A DNA stretch of 40,000 nucleotides from Pseudoalteromonas sp. AOP31-A2-14 (GCA_052378035.1 JBQSXI010000001.1); one strand, 5' to 3'; shown: positions 28,237 to 37,064, counted from the first letter of the stretch. Numbers and translations: made by a program. Notes: generated from the sequence alone by a model not told the origin.

Positions 28237-28653
28237 TCAACTCGAATTCTTCTTTAGAGCAGACGCTATTAGTTGGCTACAACCGAACCAACCCCAATAG
28301 ATTCTATGGTTCATGATTTTGTAGTCAGAAATCTGCATGACTTCGAGAATGTCGATTTGATCGCCTTCAGGAGTTTCCCTCGGGTACTCCCAAATAAGGG
28401 TGTCACCGTTGATGAAGTATTTGCCTGTTCGATGCCAACGAACTAGATCATTGGGTCTTCGCTTAGTACCCTCCTCCAAGAAGCGAACAATCTCCTGCCG
28501 CCCCCGAAGAACGCCAGAGTCTTGATCTAGGATGGCTGGCACAAGCGGGCTTTCGAAGACAGCATCTTCAGCGTACAGATTGATGAGGGATGGAACATCC
28601 CGACCCTTGGCATATTCGTGCCATTTCTCATAGATGGTTTCAAACTCGTTCAT
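28237..28653 (-). CDS. Cassette 4: NTF2/SnoaL-like protein (138 aa)
   Basis: GGGAGAG RBS before the ATG at 28653; the longer listed ORF start lies inside the attC. LINLYAEDAVFESP...IMNHRIYWGW is typical of SnoaL-like folds. Confidence 0.6.
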   Translation of the reverse strand: MNEFETIYEKWHEYAKGRDVPSLINLYAEDAVFESPLVPAILDQDSGVLRGRQEIVRFLEEGTKRRPNDLVRWHRTGKYFINGDTLIWEYPRETPEGDQIDILEVMQISDYKIMNHRIYWGWFGCSQLIASALKKNSS

Positions 28654-28667
28654 ATCTCTCCCATGAA

Positions 28668-28716
28668 GGCTAACGCCCGCCATCATGCGCTTGTCGCATG
28701 CATGGCATTGTTATGT
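28668..28716 (-). other. attC site (49 nt, unusually short) of cassette 3
   Basis: GGCTAAC-GCCCGCCATCATGCG-CTTGT-CGCATGCATGGCATT-GTTATGT. The arms GCCATCATGCG / CGCATGCATGGC pair with one extrahelical C. Confidence 0.7.
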
Positions 28717-28718
28717 GT

Positions 28719-29048
28719 TTATTTTTCAGATTTTTTGATTTCATATTGGTCTGCGCCATGATTCCCCAGATTCGGGGCACTATTTCTTGGCTTAAATATT
28801 GGAGCCGTCGGATGCTTCGGGTAGTAAAGGTTGATAGTAAACCGTTCGGCATACTCACAAGAACGAAGATCAACCAATGTTCCGGCCTCAACAGTGACTC
28901 CTTGAGCCTCCACATCTTCTGCCAGCTCAGCAACGAAGGGCTTAGAACACAATAGGTCCATGCCTGGAGAATTTGCCCACCAACCTACTGCCGCACCTAC
29001 AATTAGGCTCAGGGCAACGGTCAAAGCAACCAGAAACACTCTCTTCAA
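28719..29048 (-). CDS. Cassette 3: small exported or membrane-anchored protein (109 aa, TTG start)
   Basis: GGGGGGTGA RBS 4 nt before the TTG. N-terminal hydrophobic anchor MKRVFLVALTVALSLIVGAAVGWW. No recognised domain. Confidence 0.5.
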   Translation of the reverse strand: MKRVFLVALTVALSLIVGAAVGWWANSPGMDLLCSKPFVAELAEDVEAQGVTVEAGTLVDLRSCEYAERFTINLYYPKHPTAPIFKPRNSAPNLGNHGADQYEIKKSEK

Positions 29049-29066
29049 TCTTCACCCCCCTGCAAC

Positions 29067-29127
29067 ACATAACGCTAAGCTAAGCCGAGCGCGCTTTTTG
29101 CGCGTCGGCTTGAGCTTTTTGTTAGAG
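29067..29127 (-). other. attC site (61 nt) of cassette 2
   Basis: ACATAAC-GCTAAGCTAAGCCGAGCGCGC-TTTTT-GCGCGTCGGCTTGAGCTTTTT-GTTAGAG, with the palindrome AAGCCGAGCGCGC / GCGCGTCGGCTT. Confidence 0.8.
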
Positions 29128-29132
29128 CCATT

Positions 29133-29831
29133 TTAACTTGCAATCTCAGGAAGAAAAGAAATGTCAACATGGTATTTTTTGGGGTTGTCTCTTTCTATTA
29201 GAACAGTAATTTCATCAGTATTAATGTGCTCAGTGGGATCGAACCATATATTTTCACTACTAAATAAGTGTATTTCAGATGTGGTAGGGTTTTTCCATTG
29301 AGCACAAATTTTATATGGGTTTCTACCATTTACTTCAAGTGAGCCATTGATTTCCACGTTTTGAAATTTGGCCTTAATTGGAATCCCATTTTTTTTCAAA
29401 TATTCAATCTTTTTACCCTTCAAGCTTCCTAGCAGTATGATTAAGAATCCAGTGAGGAAAAAAACCGAACCTAGCCCCCCCAAAATAGTTGGCGCACCCC
29501 ACAAAGAAAAGAAACCATTTATTTTAGCTCGCTCAGGAAAAGTCTCTTGATACAAAATTTCAACAATTTCGCCTCTAGAATAACTTGGAGGGTTACTTCC
29601 AGACGACGAGGTGAATTCAATAGTTGAACCATCTTGTGTTATAAATTCAATCATCGGTCTATATGTATCTGAGTCACTTGATCTTGAGCGTACAAGTTCT
29701 ACGACTGTCCCGTCAGCTGTTAGCGCATTCTTCAGAAAATCCTGTGTATTTGTAAATAAGAAAAATGCCCCGACTAGCATGCCAAGCCCGACCACTGTAA
29801 ACGTATATTTTATTATTGAAATTGTTCTCAT
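29133..29831 (-). CDS. Cassette 2: membrane protein with tandem DUF3592-like domains (232 aa)
   Basis: TM helix, then GTVVELVRSRSSDSDTYRPMIEFITQDGSTIEF...SYSRGEIVEILY, then a second TM helix, then a second similar barrel (KAKFQNVEING...ITVLIERDNPKKYHVD). AAGGAAA RBS. Confidence 0.6.
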   Translation of the reverse strand: MRTISIIKYTFTVVGLGMLVGAFFLFTNTQDFLKNALTADGTVVELVRSRSSDSDTYRPMIEFITQDGSTIEFTSSSGSNPPSYSRGEIVEILYQETFPERAKINGFFSLWGAPTILGGLGSVFFLTGFLIILLGSLKGKKIEYLKKNGIPIKAKFQNVEINGSLEVNGRNPYKICAQWKNPTTSEIHLFSSENIWFDPTEHINTDEITVLIERDNPKKYHVDISFLPEIAS

Positions 29832-29845
29832 ATTTTTCCTTGTAG

Positions 29846-29946
29846 CTCTAACGCCGTTGTAACCGGCAAAAAATTGTTGGCTAAAATTTTGTGAAGTACG
29901 AGCAAAGCCAACAAATTTTTTGTCCGCGTTGACGACTTTGTTATGT
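29846..29946 (-). other. attC site (101 nt) of cassette 1
   Basis: CTCTAAC-GCCGTTGTAACCGGCAAAAAATTGTTGGCT...AGCCAACAAATTTTTTGTCCGCGTTGACGACTTT-GTTATGT. The stop codon of cassette 1 lies inside the GTTA of R''. Confidence 0.78.
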
Positions 29947-30450
29947 GAATTCTCGATTGAAACGCCGAACTTTTGTACGCATATTTTTCATAGGTGACGA
30001 TGTATTAAACTGAATCATACGCCCCAAAGTCCATTGTTCATACCACGCAACACCATACAAATCATGGTCACTTAAGCTTGAAATGAGTAAAAGTATCTCG
30101 TTAACCGTAGACTCAAGCTCAATGAGTAAATCGTCATATTTCCACTGACGATACTCTTCGTGGAAGCTTTCAGCAAGCGAGCCTAATTGATTCCATTTAT
30201 AACCTGTTTCTGGGAAATCAACTTGTTGGTTTTGAGCTCTTAAGTTATACCATTTAAGAACGAGTCTCCCCCAACCAATCAAGTAAGCCACTGTGTCACT
30301 AACGCTAATGACTGTACCTTTGATATTTCCCTCTACTCCAAGTTTGCGAGCTTTGCTTTCCGGAATTGAACGATAGTCAGCCATGAGTTTCGGAAATATT
30401 GAGTTTATCGCTAACTCCAATTCATCCTTGTTTTTTGGCACAGAAGACAT
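29941..30450 (-). CDS. Cassette 1 (next to attI): ClbS/DfsB-family (DUF1706) four-helix-bundle protein
   Basis: GGAGA RBS before the ATG at 30450 (MSSVPKNKDELELAI...). VSDTVAYLIGWGRLVLKWYN and the C-terminal SSPMKNMRTKVRRF pattern match my recollection of the ClbS/DfsB family. Confidence 0.65.
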   Translation of the reverse strand: MSSVPKNKDELELAINSIFPKLMADYRSIPESKARKLGVEGNIKGTVISVSDTVAYLIGWGRLVLKWYNLRAQNQQVDFPETGYKWNQLGSLAESFHEEYRQWKYDDLLIELESTVNEILLLISSLSDHDLYGVAWYEQWTLGRMIQFNTSSPMKNMRTKVRRFNREFT

Positions 30451-30462
30451 TTTGATCTCCAT

Positions 30463-30628
30463 TCACATAACAATTTTATAGTGCGCTCATTGCGCATATA
30501 TCTGCCAATGTCACGCTCATGTATTCAATAATTCTTTTTAACAAATAACTTAACACATTGCTACATATAATTTTTTATTAGTACTCAAACTCTCAATAAA
30601 AGACAAAATGCGCTCGCCGCTCATTTTC
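30463..30628 (-). other. attI region, with the attI x cassette-1 junction at 30465-30471; the cassette promoter Pc should lie here or in the intI 5' end (not resolved)
   Basis: The minus strand reads GTTATGT at 30471-30465, immediately upstream of cassette 1. This is the same core as the R' ends of two attC sites. The AT-rich 220-bp spacer runs to the divergent intI. Confidence 0.55.
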
Positions 30629-30656
30629 TTGAATATGTGTGCATCACAACTATACT
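30629..30656 (+). promoter_or_regulatory. Candidate sigma70 promoter of intI (PintI)
   Basis: TTGAAT (30629-30634), a 16-nt spacer, then TATACT (30651-30656), about 35 nt upstream of the intI ATG. Confidence 0.5.
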
Positions 30657-30670
30657 GTATATAAAAACAG
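30655..30670. promoter_or_regulatory. LexA (SOS) box overlapping the intI -10 region
   Basis: CTGTATATAAAAACAG is a perfect CTGT-N8-ACAG palindrome with an AT-rich centre. The E. coli consensus is TACTGTATATATATACAGTA. Confidence 0.8.
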
Positions 30671-30689
30671 CACTATTATTGGTAATAGT

Positions 30690-31661
30690 ATGAAAACACG
30701 TTCCCCATTTTTAAATTACATAGCTGAATATATGCTAGTTCGTCAATATTCATTGCGCACCGTAGATACGTACCTAAGATGGATTGCATCTTATATCCAT
30801 TTTCATAATAAACGTCATCCCGCCTCAATGGGGGACAATGAAGTCGAACGCTACTTAGAACATTTAGTGTTAAAGCAAAACGTTGCACCACGTACGCAAG
30901 CTACCGCACTCAATTCATTGTCATTTTTATACAAGCACATAATAAAAAAAGAACTCTCATTAAATTTAAATTTTGCTCGTAGTAAAAAACAAGCAAAGCT
31001 CCCTGTAGTGATGACCCCAGAGGAAGTTAAAATGTTGATGGCTCATTTAAATAAGCGCTATTATTTAATTGCAGCCCTTATGTATGGAAGTGGCTTAAGA
31101 GTAATGGAAGCGGTGCAATTAAGGGTGAAAGATATTGATTTTGATTACAAGTGTATTCAAGTATGGAATGGCAAAGGTAATAAACACCGTATTGTAACGC
31201 TGGCCACCGAGCTAATTCCTATGCTGAGAAATCAAATTCTGCAGGTTGATGACTATCTAAAACTTGATTTAAATAATACGGAATATGCTGGCGTATGGAT
31301 GCCTTATGCTTTAACAAAAAAATATCCTTCTGCCTCAAAATCACTTGCGTGGCAGTATTTATTTCCCTCACATATATTAAGTACAGATCCTCAAAGTGGT
31401 GAAATAAGACGACATCATTTTCATCACTCGTGTATAAGAAAAGAAGTAAAAAAAGCCGTTCAAAAATCGGGATTAACAAAAATAATAACACCGCATACCT
31501 TGCGTCATTCATTTGCAACGCATCTATTGCAAAGTGGCGCCGATATTCGCACCGTTCAAGCACAATTGGGCCATTCTGATGTCAAAACCACACAAATATA
31601 TACGCATGTTTTACAACAAGGAGCAAACGGTGTTGTAAGCCCATTAAGCAAAATTTTCTAG
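30690..31661 (+). CDS. intI: Integron integrase IntI (tyrosine recombinase)
   Basis: N-terminal FLNYIAEYMLVRQYSLRTVDTYLRWI and box I GSGLRVMEAVQLRVKDID. The IntI-specific extra segment is WMPYALTKKYPSASKSLAWQYLFPS. Box II is HTLRHSFATHLLQSGADIRTVQAQLGHSDVKTTQIYTHV, containing the catalytic Tyr. I prefer the start at MKTRSPF (323 aa) over the upstream GTG. Confidence 0.92.
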   Translation: MKTRSPFLNYIAEYMLVRQYSLRTVDTYLRWIASYIHFHNKRHPASMGDNEVERYLEHLVLKQNVAPRTQATALNSLSFLYKHIIKKELSLNLNFARSKKQAKLPVVMTPEEVKMLMAHLNKRYYLIAALMYGSGLRVMEAVQLRVKDIDFDYKCIQVWNGKGNKHRIVTLATELIPMLRNQILQVDDYLKLDLNNTEYAGVWMPYALTKKYPSASKSLAWQYLFPSHILSTDPQSGEIRRHHFHHSCIRKEVKKAVQKSGLTKIITPHTLRHSFATHLLQSGADIRTVQAQLGHSDVKTTQIYTHVLQQGANGVVSPLSKIF

Positions 31662-31880
31662 TTAACTTACTATGAGGCGAAAAGTGCGTTAGCGGAACGG
31701 CCGCTTTGTAGAATAAAGAAAATAGCATTAAACGACTTGAACCATCTCTTGCTCGCTCAAAGTCGCCATTAAAGTATTTACTTTAACTGATTTTAGAACA
31801 TAAACGAGTTAGTACAACCGGCCGCTTATGGCACATTGCGGGCTATTTATCGCCAAGTTAGTAAGTTTGTATACCTAAAA

Positions 31881-31910
31881 GCAAAAAGAGCAAAGTAAGT
31901 ACTTTGCTCT
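31881..31910 (-). terminator. Rho-independent terminator downstream of pyrF
   Basis: AGAGCAAAGT-AAGT-ACTTTGCTCT is a 10-bp stem. On the minus strand it is followed by TTTTTGC. Confidence 0.7.
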
Positions 31911-31947
31911 TAGTATTAGTAATAGTACTAATTGAAATAACGCTTGG

Positions 31948-32652
31948 TTATTTTAACGAGTCATTAATTTCTTTAAGAACCGTCACCGGATCAACAGCTT
32001 GTGTAATCGGACGCCCAACAACTAGGTAGTTACTACCATCATCAATGGCTTGCTTTGGTGTCATGATACGTTTTTGGTCGCCTGCATCACTGCCTGTAGG
32101 GCGAATGCCTGGGGTCACTAGTTTAAAATCTTCACCTAGTTCTACTTTTAATTGCTTGGCTTCTTGTGCTGAGCACACTACTCCGTCAAGGCCTGCTTCT
32201 TTTGCAAGTTTTGCTAAATAGATAACCTGTTCTTCTGGGGTTTTATCAACACCTAAACGAGTAAGCTCAACTTTATCCATGCTGGTTAAAACAGTAACCG
32301 CAATTAATAAGGGGGCTTTATCACCAAACGGTTCAAGTGCTTGTTTCGCCTTGGTCATCATTTCAACACCACCACTGGCATGCACATTAACCATCCATAC
32401 TCCCATCTTAGCTGCTGCAGTTACAGATTTAGCTACCGTGTTGGGAATATCATGAAATTTTAAGTCTAAAAATACATCAAAGCCTAAATCAATTAGTTCT
32501 TTAACAAATGCAGGACCAAAGTAAGTAAACATTTCTTTACCTACTTTTAAGCGACAATTGGTAGGTGATAATTGTTTAACAAAATCCAGTGCTGTTTGTT
32601 GATCGTCATAATCAAGCGCTATAAGAACTTTTTTTGAATCTTTTAAAGACAT
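31948..32652 (-). CDS. pyrF: Orotidine-5'-phosphate decarboxylase
   Basis: [22 protein letters not shown] and VTPGIRP...DQKR motifs. The ATG at 32652 has an AGGAAA RBS; the listed TTG at 32667 is less likely. Confidence 0.9.
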   Translation of the reverse strand: MSLKDSKKVLIALDYDDQQTALDFVKQLSPTNCRLKVGKEMFTYFGPAFVKELIDLGFDVFLDLKFHDIPNTVAKSVTAAAKMGVWMVNVHASGGVEMMTKAKQALEPFGDKAPLLIAVTVLTSMDKVELTRLGVDKTPEEQVIYLAKLAKEAGLDGVVCSAQEAKQLKVELGEDFKLVTPGIRPTGSDAGDQKRIMTPKQAIDDGSNYLVVGRPITQAVDPVTVLKEINDSLK

Positions 32653-32696
32653 AACTTTCCTAAACAAGTTGTAAATATGTGTTCTAACTAGAAGAA

Positions 32697-33833
32697 TTAA
32701 AAGCCGTCAATACCACGGCTTGGGACAATTGTTTCCCAATGTTTGCACGATGGGCAAACCCAATAAATAGTATAACTTGTAAAACCGCAATGCTGACACT
32801 GAAAGTCAGGCTTGGTGGCGATATAAGACGTTACTAGCTTATCAATTTGATCAAGCACTTCTTTTATATCGCCATTTTGTTTAGCTAACAACTGCAGTAA
32901 AAAACTGAAACCACGAATTGTGGGTTGTCGCTTTAAGCTATCAGTTAAAAACGTTATCGCCTGGTCAGTATGACCCTGCTCGAGTAACGCTTGGCAATGT
33001 TTTATTTTTATTAACACCCCACCTTTATCAAGAAGCTGTACAACTAACTCATGAAACTGTGATGTTAAATTCAATTGATTATAGCTATGTGCAAGCTCTT
33101 CTATAAAGAGCGGAGCAAAAAATGTAAAATTACAAATGAGTTCTCGCCAATAGTAAATAGCTTTTACATAATCTTCTTTTGCGTAGGCAGACTTACCCAA
33201 TTCATACAAAGGCCTAATTACTTTGTGATTTAAGCTAATAGCTTTACGCATTATTTGTGGGTTGTTTTCAACTAAAGCAGCTTCACAATAAAAATTAGCA
33301 ATGGCTTTAAAGTGTTGAGGTTTTGAGAATAACTCTCTGTGGCCTTCAAACATACTAATGCCCTTGCCCCACTCACGGGTTTGCGAGTATAGATTCAAAA
33401 TCGGGTCTAATGCGTCTATGTGATGGGCTTTAACTAACCAGACTAGGTGCTCTTCGGCACTATCTAATAGCCCTGCCATAATATAATCTTCGGCAAGTTC
33501 TAAGCGACTAGCAGTTGCTTGTTGCTCATTAAGACTTGGATGCTTTAATAGCAACTCGTGGATTTTTATTGCGCGGTCAAGCTCGCCGCGGCGCCTAAAC
33601 ATAGTGGCAAGCGTTGAATAATGCTCAACAGAGTCAGCAGCGACTTCTAGTAAATTAATAAGGTGTTCAAGGCCTTGATCTTCTTCTCTATCAAGAAGAA
33701 ACTTCAACCCTTTACTGTATTCAGAGGTGATCTGACGATTAAGTTGATGAGCTTTATTTTTAGCACTGTTTTTTCCCATGATCCAGCCATAACCAGCTGC
33801 CACAGGCAAAAGTAAAAACAAAAGCTCAATCAT
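32697..33833 (-). CDS. lapB: Lipopolysaccharide assembly protein LapB (YciM): TPR repeats plus a C-terminal rubredoxin-type zinc site
   Basis: N-terminal anchor, TPR-like repeats, and the C-terminal [21 protein letters not shown]. Confidence 0.88.
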   Translation of the reverse strand: MIELLFLLLPVAAGYGWIMGKNSAKNKAHQLNRQITSEYSKGLKFLLDREEDQGLEHLINLLEVAADSVEHYSTLATMFRRRGELDRAIKIHELLLKHPSLNEQQATASRLELAEDYIMAGLLDSAEEHLVWLVKAHHIDALDPILNLYSQTREWGKGISMFEGHRELFSKPQHFKAIANFYCEAALVENNPQIMRKAISLNHKVIRPLYELGKSAYAKEDYVKAIYYWRELICNFTFFAPLFIEELAHSYNQLNLTSQFHELVVQLLDKGGVLIKIKHCQALLEQGHTDQAITFLTDSLKRQPTIRGFSFLLQLLAKQNGDIKEVLDQIDKLVTSYIATKPDFQCQHCGFTSYTIYWVCPSCKHWETIVPSRGIDGF

Positions 33834-33835
33834 AG

Positions 33836-34117
33836 TTAGGTGTCTTTATTAGCAACAAGCTTTTTATTGTCTTTTTCAGGCGCTAATCTTTTTTTCAAAC
33901 GATAGTTTTGCCACTTCAACTGCGAAAACAGTTTAAAGCTGATAAAACAACCAATTGCGACACCTAAAGCAAAGCAGATACTTATTATCATGGCTAGGGG
34001 TAATGTACTACTAGCAATAATATAATTTATTTGCACAAGTTGTGGATTTTGCGAACCAAGCACAAATGCAAATATGAAGCATATTGCTACCAGAATAATT
34101 TTTAATACCCTAAACAA
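33836..34117 (-). CDS. lapA: Lipopolysaccharide assembly protein LapA (YciS, DUF1049)
   Basis: 93 aa, two TM helices, directly upstream of lapB. TTG start with a GGAG RBS. Confidence 0.75.
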   Translation of the reverse strand: MFRVLKIILVAICFIFAFVLGSQNPQLVQINYIIASSTLPLAMIISICFALGVAIGCFISFKLFSQLKWQNYRLKKRLAPEKDNKKLVANKDT

Positions 34118-34138
34118 GTAACTACTCCAATCAATAAA

Positions 34139-34426
34139 CTAGGCAATACTCGCGTTTACGCGATCACGTAATTCTTTACCTGGTTTGAAATGTGGTACAT
34201 GCTTACCATCAAGCTCAACAGTGTCACCGGTTTTAGGATTACGGCCAGTACGTGGAGAACGGTAATGCAGTGAGAAACTACCAAAACCTCGGATCTCAAT
34301 ACGATCTGAGCTCGATAATGATCCGGCCATTTGTTCAAGAATTTCTTTTACTGCATTTTCAACATCTTTCACTGGTACATGTGCGTGTTGTTCGCCAAGT
34401 GTTTCTATCAATTCTGACTTAGTCAT
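34139..34426 (-). CDS. ihfB: Integration host factor beta subunit
   Basis: MTKSELIE...[50 protein letters not shown]. Confidence 0.95.
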   Translation of the reverse strand: MTKSELIETLGEQHAHVPVKDVENAVKEILEQMAGSLSSSDRIEIRGFGSFSLHYRSPRTGRNPKTGDTVELDGKHVPHFKPGKELRDRVNASIA

Positions 34427-34435
34427 AGCGTTTCC

Positions 34436-34474
34436 TTAAAAAAAGATAAAGGAAGGGCAATAGTGCCCTTCCCA
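34436..34474 (-). terminator. Rho-independent terminator downstream of rpsA
   Basis: GGAAGGGCA-ATAG-TGCCCTTCC stem, followed on the minus strand by a T-run (TTTATCTTTTTTT). Confidence 0.75.
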
Positions 34475-34488
34475 TTAAGACTGATTAA

Positions 34489-36156
34489 TTAGTCTTTTTG
34501 AGCACTTTTAAATGCTGCAGCCATTGCGTTTTCAAACACTGGCTCTTCTTTCTTAAGCTTCTCAATTACTTCTTTCTCTTCTGCTTCGTAAAGAGCTTTA
34601 ACAGATAAGCTTAGGGTGCGGTTCTTACGATCAACACCAACATATTTCACTTCGATCTCGCTGCCTACAGAAGTAACTGTTGTTGCGTCTTCAACACGCT
34701 CTTGAGAGATATCAGCTACACGAATGTAACCTTCAACACCTTCAATAAGCTCAACAGTTGCACCTTTAGCATCAACTTCTGTCACTTTACCTTTAACAAT
34801 AGCACCTTTTTTATGTGCATCAAGATAGTTATTGAATGGGTCAGCTTCGATTTGCTTAACACCTAGCGAAATACGTTCGCGCTCTGGGTCAACTTGCAAT
34901 ACGATTGCAGTGATTTCGTCGCCTTTCTTAAACTCACGTACAGCGTCTTCGCCAGGCGTGTTCCAAGAAATATCTGAAAGATGTACAAGACCGTCAATGC
35001 CACCTTCAAGACCGATAAAGATACCGAAGTCAGTGATTGATTTGATCTTACCAGTAACTTGGTCGCCTTTGTTTTGAAGACGAGCAAATTCCTGCCAAGG
35101 ATTAGCAATACATTGCTTAAGACCAAGAGAAATACGACGACGTTCTTCGTCGATTTCGAGAACCATAACTTCAACTGTGTCGCCAAGGCTAACAACTTTT
35201 GAAGGATGGATGTTCTTGTTAGTCCAATCCATTTCAGAAACATGTACTAGACCTTCAACGCCTTCTTCGATTTCTACGAAGCAACCGTAATCTGTAAGGT
35301 TAGTAACACGACCAGAAAGTTTAGAACCTTCTGGGTAACGACCAGCGATAGCGGCCCATGGATCTTCGCCAAGCTGTTTAAGGCCTAGAGATACACGAGT
35401 CTTTTCTTTGTCGAATTTAAGAACTTTAACTGCGATTTCGTCACCAACATTAACGATTTCTGAAGGGTGCTTAACACGCTTCCACGCCATGTCAGTAATG
35501 TGTAGTAGACCATCAACACCACCAAGGTCAACGAATGCACCGTAGTCAGTAAGGTTCTTAACGATACCTTTAACTTCTTGACCTTCAACAAGGTTAGCAA
35601 GAAGTTCTTCACGTTCTTGTGAGTTTTCTGACTCGATAACTGCACGACGTGAAACAACAACGTTGTTACGTTTTTGATCAAGCTTGATTACTTTAAATTC
35701 AAGCTCTTTACCTTCAAGGTGTGTTGTGTCACGTACAGGACGAACATCAACAAGTGAACCAGGTAGGAAAGCTCGGATTGAATCAACTTCAACTGTGAAG
35801 CCGCCTTTAACTTTACCGTTGATAACACCAGTAACAGTTTCTTGCTCTTCACATGCTTTTTCAAGACGGATCCACGCTTCGTGACGCTTCGCTTTCTCAC
35901 GAGAAAGGATAGTTTCACCGAAACCGTCTTCGATTGCATCAAGTGCAACATCTACTTCGTCGCCTACAGCAACTTCTAGTTCACCAGCAGCATTTTTGAA
36001 CTGCTCTGCAGGGATAGCACTTTCTGATTTAAGACCAGCATCTACAAGTACAATGTTATTCTCGATAGAGATTACTGTACCTTTAACAATAGAGCCTTGC
36101 TCTGCTTCAAAACCCTTTAAGCTTTCTTCAAATAACTGCGCAAAATTTTCTGACAT
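34489..36156 (-). CDS. rpsA: 30S ribosomal protein S1 (six S1 domains)
   Basis: [14 protein letters not shown]... is 555 aa with repeated S1 motifs. The listed ORF has 16 extra N-terminal codons, which I reject. Confidence 0.95.
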   Translation of the reverse strand: MSENFAQLFEESLKGFEAEQGSIVKGTVISIENNIVLVDAGLKSESAIPAEQFKNAAGELEVAVGDEVDVALDAIEDGFGETILSREKAKRHEAWIRLEKACEEQETVTGVINGKVKGGFTVEVDSIRAFLPGSLVDVRPVRDTTHLEGKELEFKVIKLDQKRNNVVVSRRAVIESENSQEREELLANLVEGQEVKGIVKNLTDYGAFVDLGGVDGLLHITDMAWKRVKHPSEIVNVGDEIAVKVLKFDKEKTRVSLGLKQLGEDPWAAIAGRYPEGSKLSGRVTNLTDYGCFVEIEEGVEGLVHVSEMDWTNKNIHPSKVVSLGDTVEVMVLEIDEERRRISLGLKQCIANPWQEFARLQNKGDQVTGKIKSITDFGIFIGLEGGIDGLVHLSDISWNTPGEDAVREFKKGDEITAIVLQVDPERERISLGVKQIEADPFNNYLDAHKKGAIVKGKVTEVDAKGATVELIEGVEGYIRVADISQERVEDATTVTSVGSEIEVKYVGVDRKNRTLSLSVKALYEAEEKEVIEKLKKEEPVFENAMAAAFKSAQKD

Positions 36157-36251
36157 ACGAATATACGTCTCATATATTAATACCAATAAGCAACCATGCT
36201 GCATGGGGTTGTTAAAATAGCACTGGCATCCTGCTGGCGCATAAAATGTGT

Positions 36252-36962
36252 TTAGCTTCGTTTAGGAAGCTTACCTTCAGAGATTGCAATATCAATTAAA
36301 TTGATTACTTTATCAAATACTTGCTGAGCATTAAGCTCGCTAGTATCTATTTCAATAGCATCTTCTGCCGGCACAAGCGGCGCAACGGTACGATTCATAT
36401 CGCGATCGTCACGAGCTTTAATGTCTTCAAATAGACCACTCAGTGTAACACTTAGTCCGCGCTCGTTCAACTCAACAAAGCGACGGCGCGCGCGCTCTTC
36501 TGCGCTAGCTGTTAAATATATCTTTAGCGTCGCATCAGGGAATACAACGGTGCCCATATCACGGCCGTCAGCAATTAAACCATTTTCGGTTTTAAAAGCG
36601 CGCTGGCGACGTAGCAACGCTTCGCGAACGCGAGGTAAGGCAGCAACTGTAGATGCTTCAGCGCCTACTTCTTCATCACGTATTGTTGTAGTAACATCTT
36701 CGCCTTCTAATACCACTTTAGATTTATTTGTTTGACTATCGACCAAAAACTGTACATCGAGATTGGCAGCAAGGGGCACTAACGCTTCTTCATTATTTAA
36801 TGCAATTTGATGATGAAGTGCTGCTAGCGATAAAACACGATAAATCGCGCCACTGTCCAGCACATCCCATCCTAATGTTTCGGCTAACAAGCGACAAACG
36901 GTTCCTTTACCTGAACCACTTGGACCATCAACGGTGATTACGGGCATTAATAACGCCTGCAT
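36252..36962 (-). CDS. cmk: Cytidylate kinase
   Basis: [16 protein letters not shown]-loop and [14 protein letters not shown] strong AGGAGG RBS lies 5 nt before the ATG at 36962. Confidence 0.92.
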   Translation of the reverse strand: MQALLMPVITVDGPSGSGKGTVCRLLAETLGWDVLDSGAIYRVLSLAALHHQIALNNEEALVPLAANLDVQFLVDSQTNKSKVVLEGEDVTTTIRDEEVGAEASTVAALPRVREALLRRQRAFKTENGLIADGRDMGTVVFPDATLKIYLTASAEERARRRFVELNERGLSVTLSGLFEDIKARDDRDMNRTVAPLVPAEDAIEIDTSELNAQQVFDKVINLIDIAISEGKLPKRS

Positions 36963-37064
36963 TTAAACCTCCTGCAATGCACACCAAAATAAACGACAGC
37001 ATTATACTTCAGATAATAAAATATATCCGCTTTTTTGTGGTTAACTTTTTATTATGACCTATTT

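Larger units (their letters stand above)
22316..31661 (-). other. Chromosomal integron: intI, attI and an array of 8 cassettes, with 7 attC sites (two occupied by introns)
   Basis: The integron integrase is divergent from a run of short same-strand ORFs. Each ORF is followed by an imperfect palindrome bounded by RYYYAAC...GTTRRRY. The sub-features below give the details. Confidence 0.88.

Noticed and set aside
28670-28955. ORFs 28670-28933 (-) and 28698-28955 (+) overlapping cassette 3
   Set aside because: They are alternative-frame or antisense ORFs that start inside the attC. The 28719-29048 frame has a strong SD and a signal-anchor sequence and fills the cassette.
22805-29946. Regularly spaced GC-rich repeats between short ORFs could suggest a CRISPR array or REP elements
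   Set aside because: The sites are internally palindromic and vary in length (49-133 nt). They share only the RYYYAAC/GTTRRRY ends and separate full-length ORFs, not 30-40-nt spacers. That is attC architecture.
30472-30628. Cassette promoter Pc on the minus strand of the attI-intI spacer
   Set aside because: Several weak -35/-10 combinations exist in this AT-rich stretch (for example around TTGAGA / TAATAA). None stands out, so I made no call without transcript data.
31662-31880. Sequence downstream of intI with GTTAGCG and a repeated CGGCCGCTT motif (31698-31706 and 31829-31837), a possible attC relic, small RNA or intI terminator
   Set aside because: Only a 5-bp hairpin (AGCGG/CCGCT) and a 9-nt repeat are present. 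There is no paired RYYYAAC/GTTRRRY ends and no convincing terminator or conserved structure.
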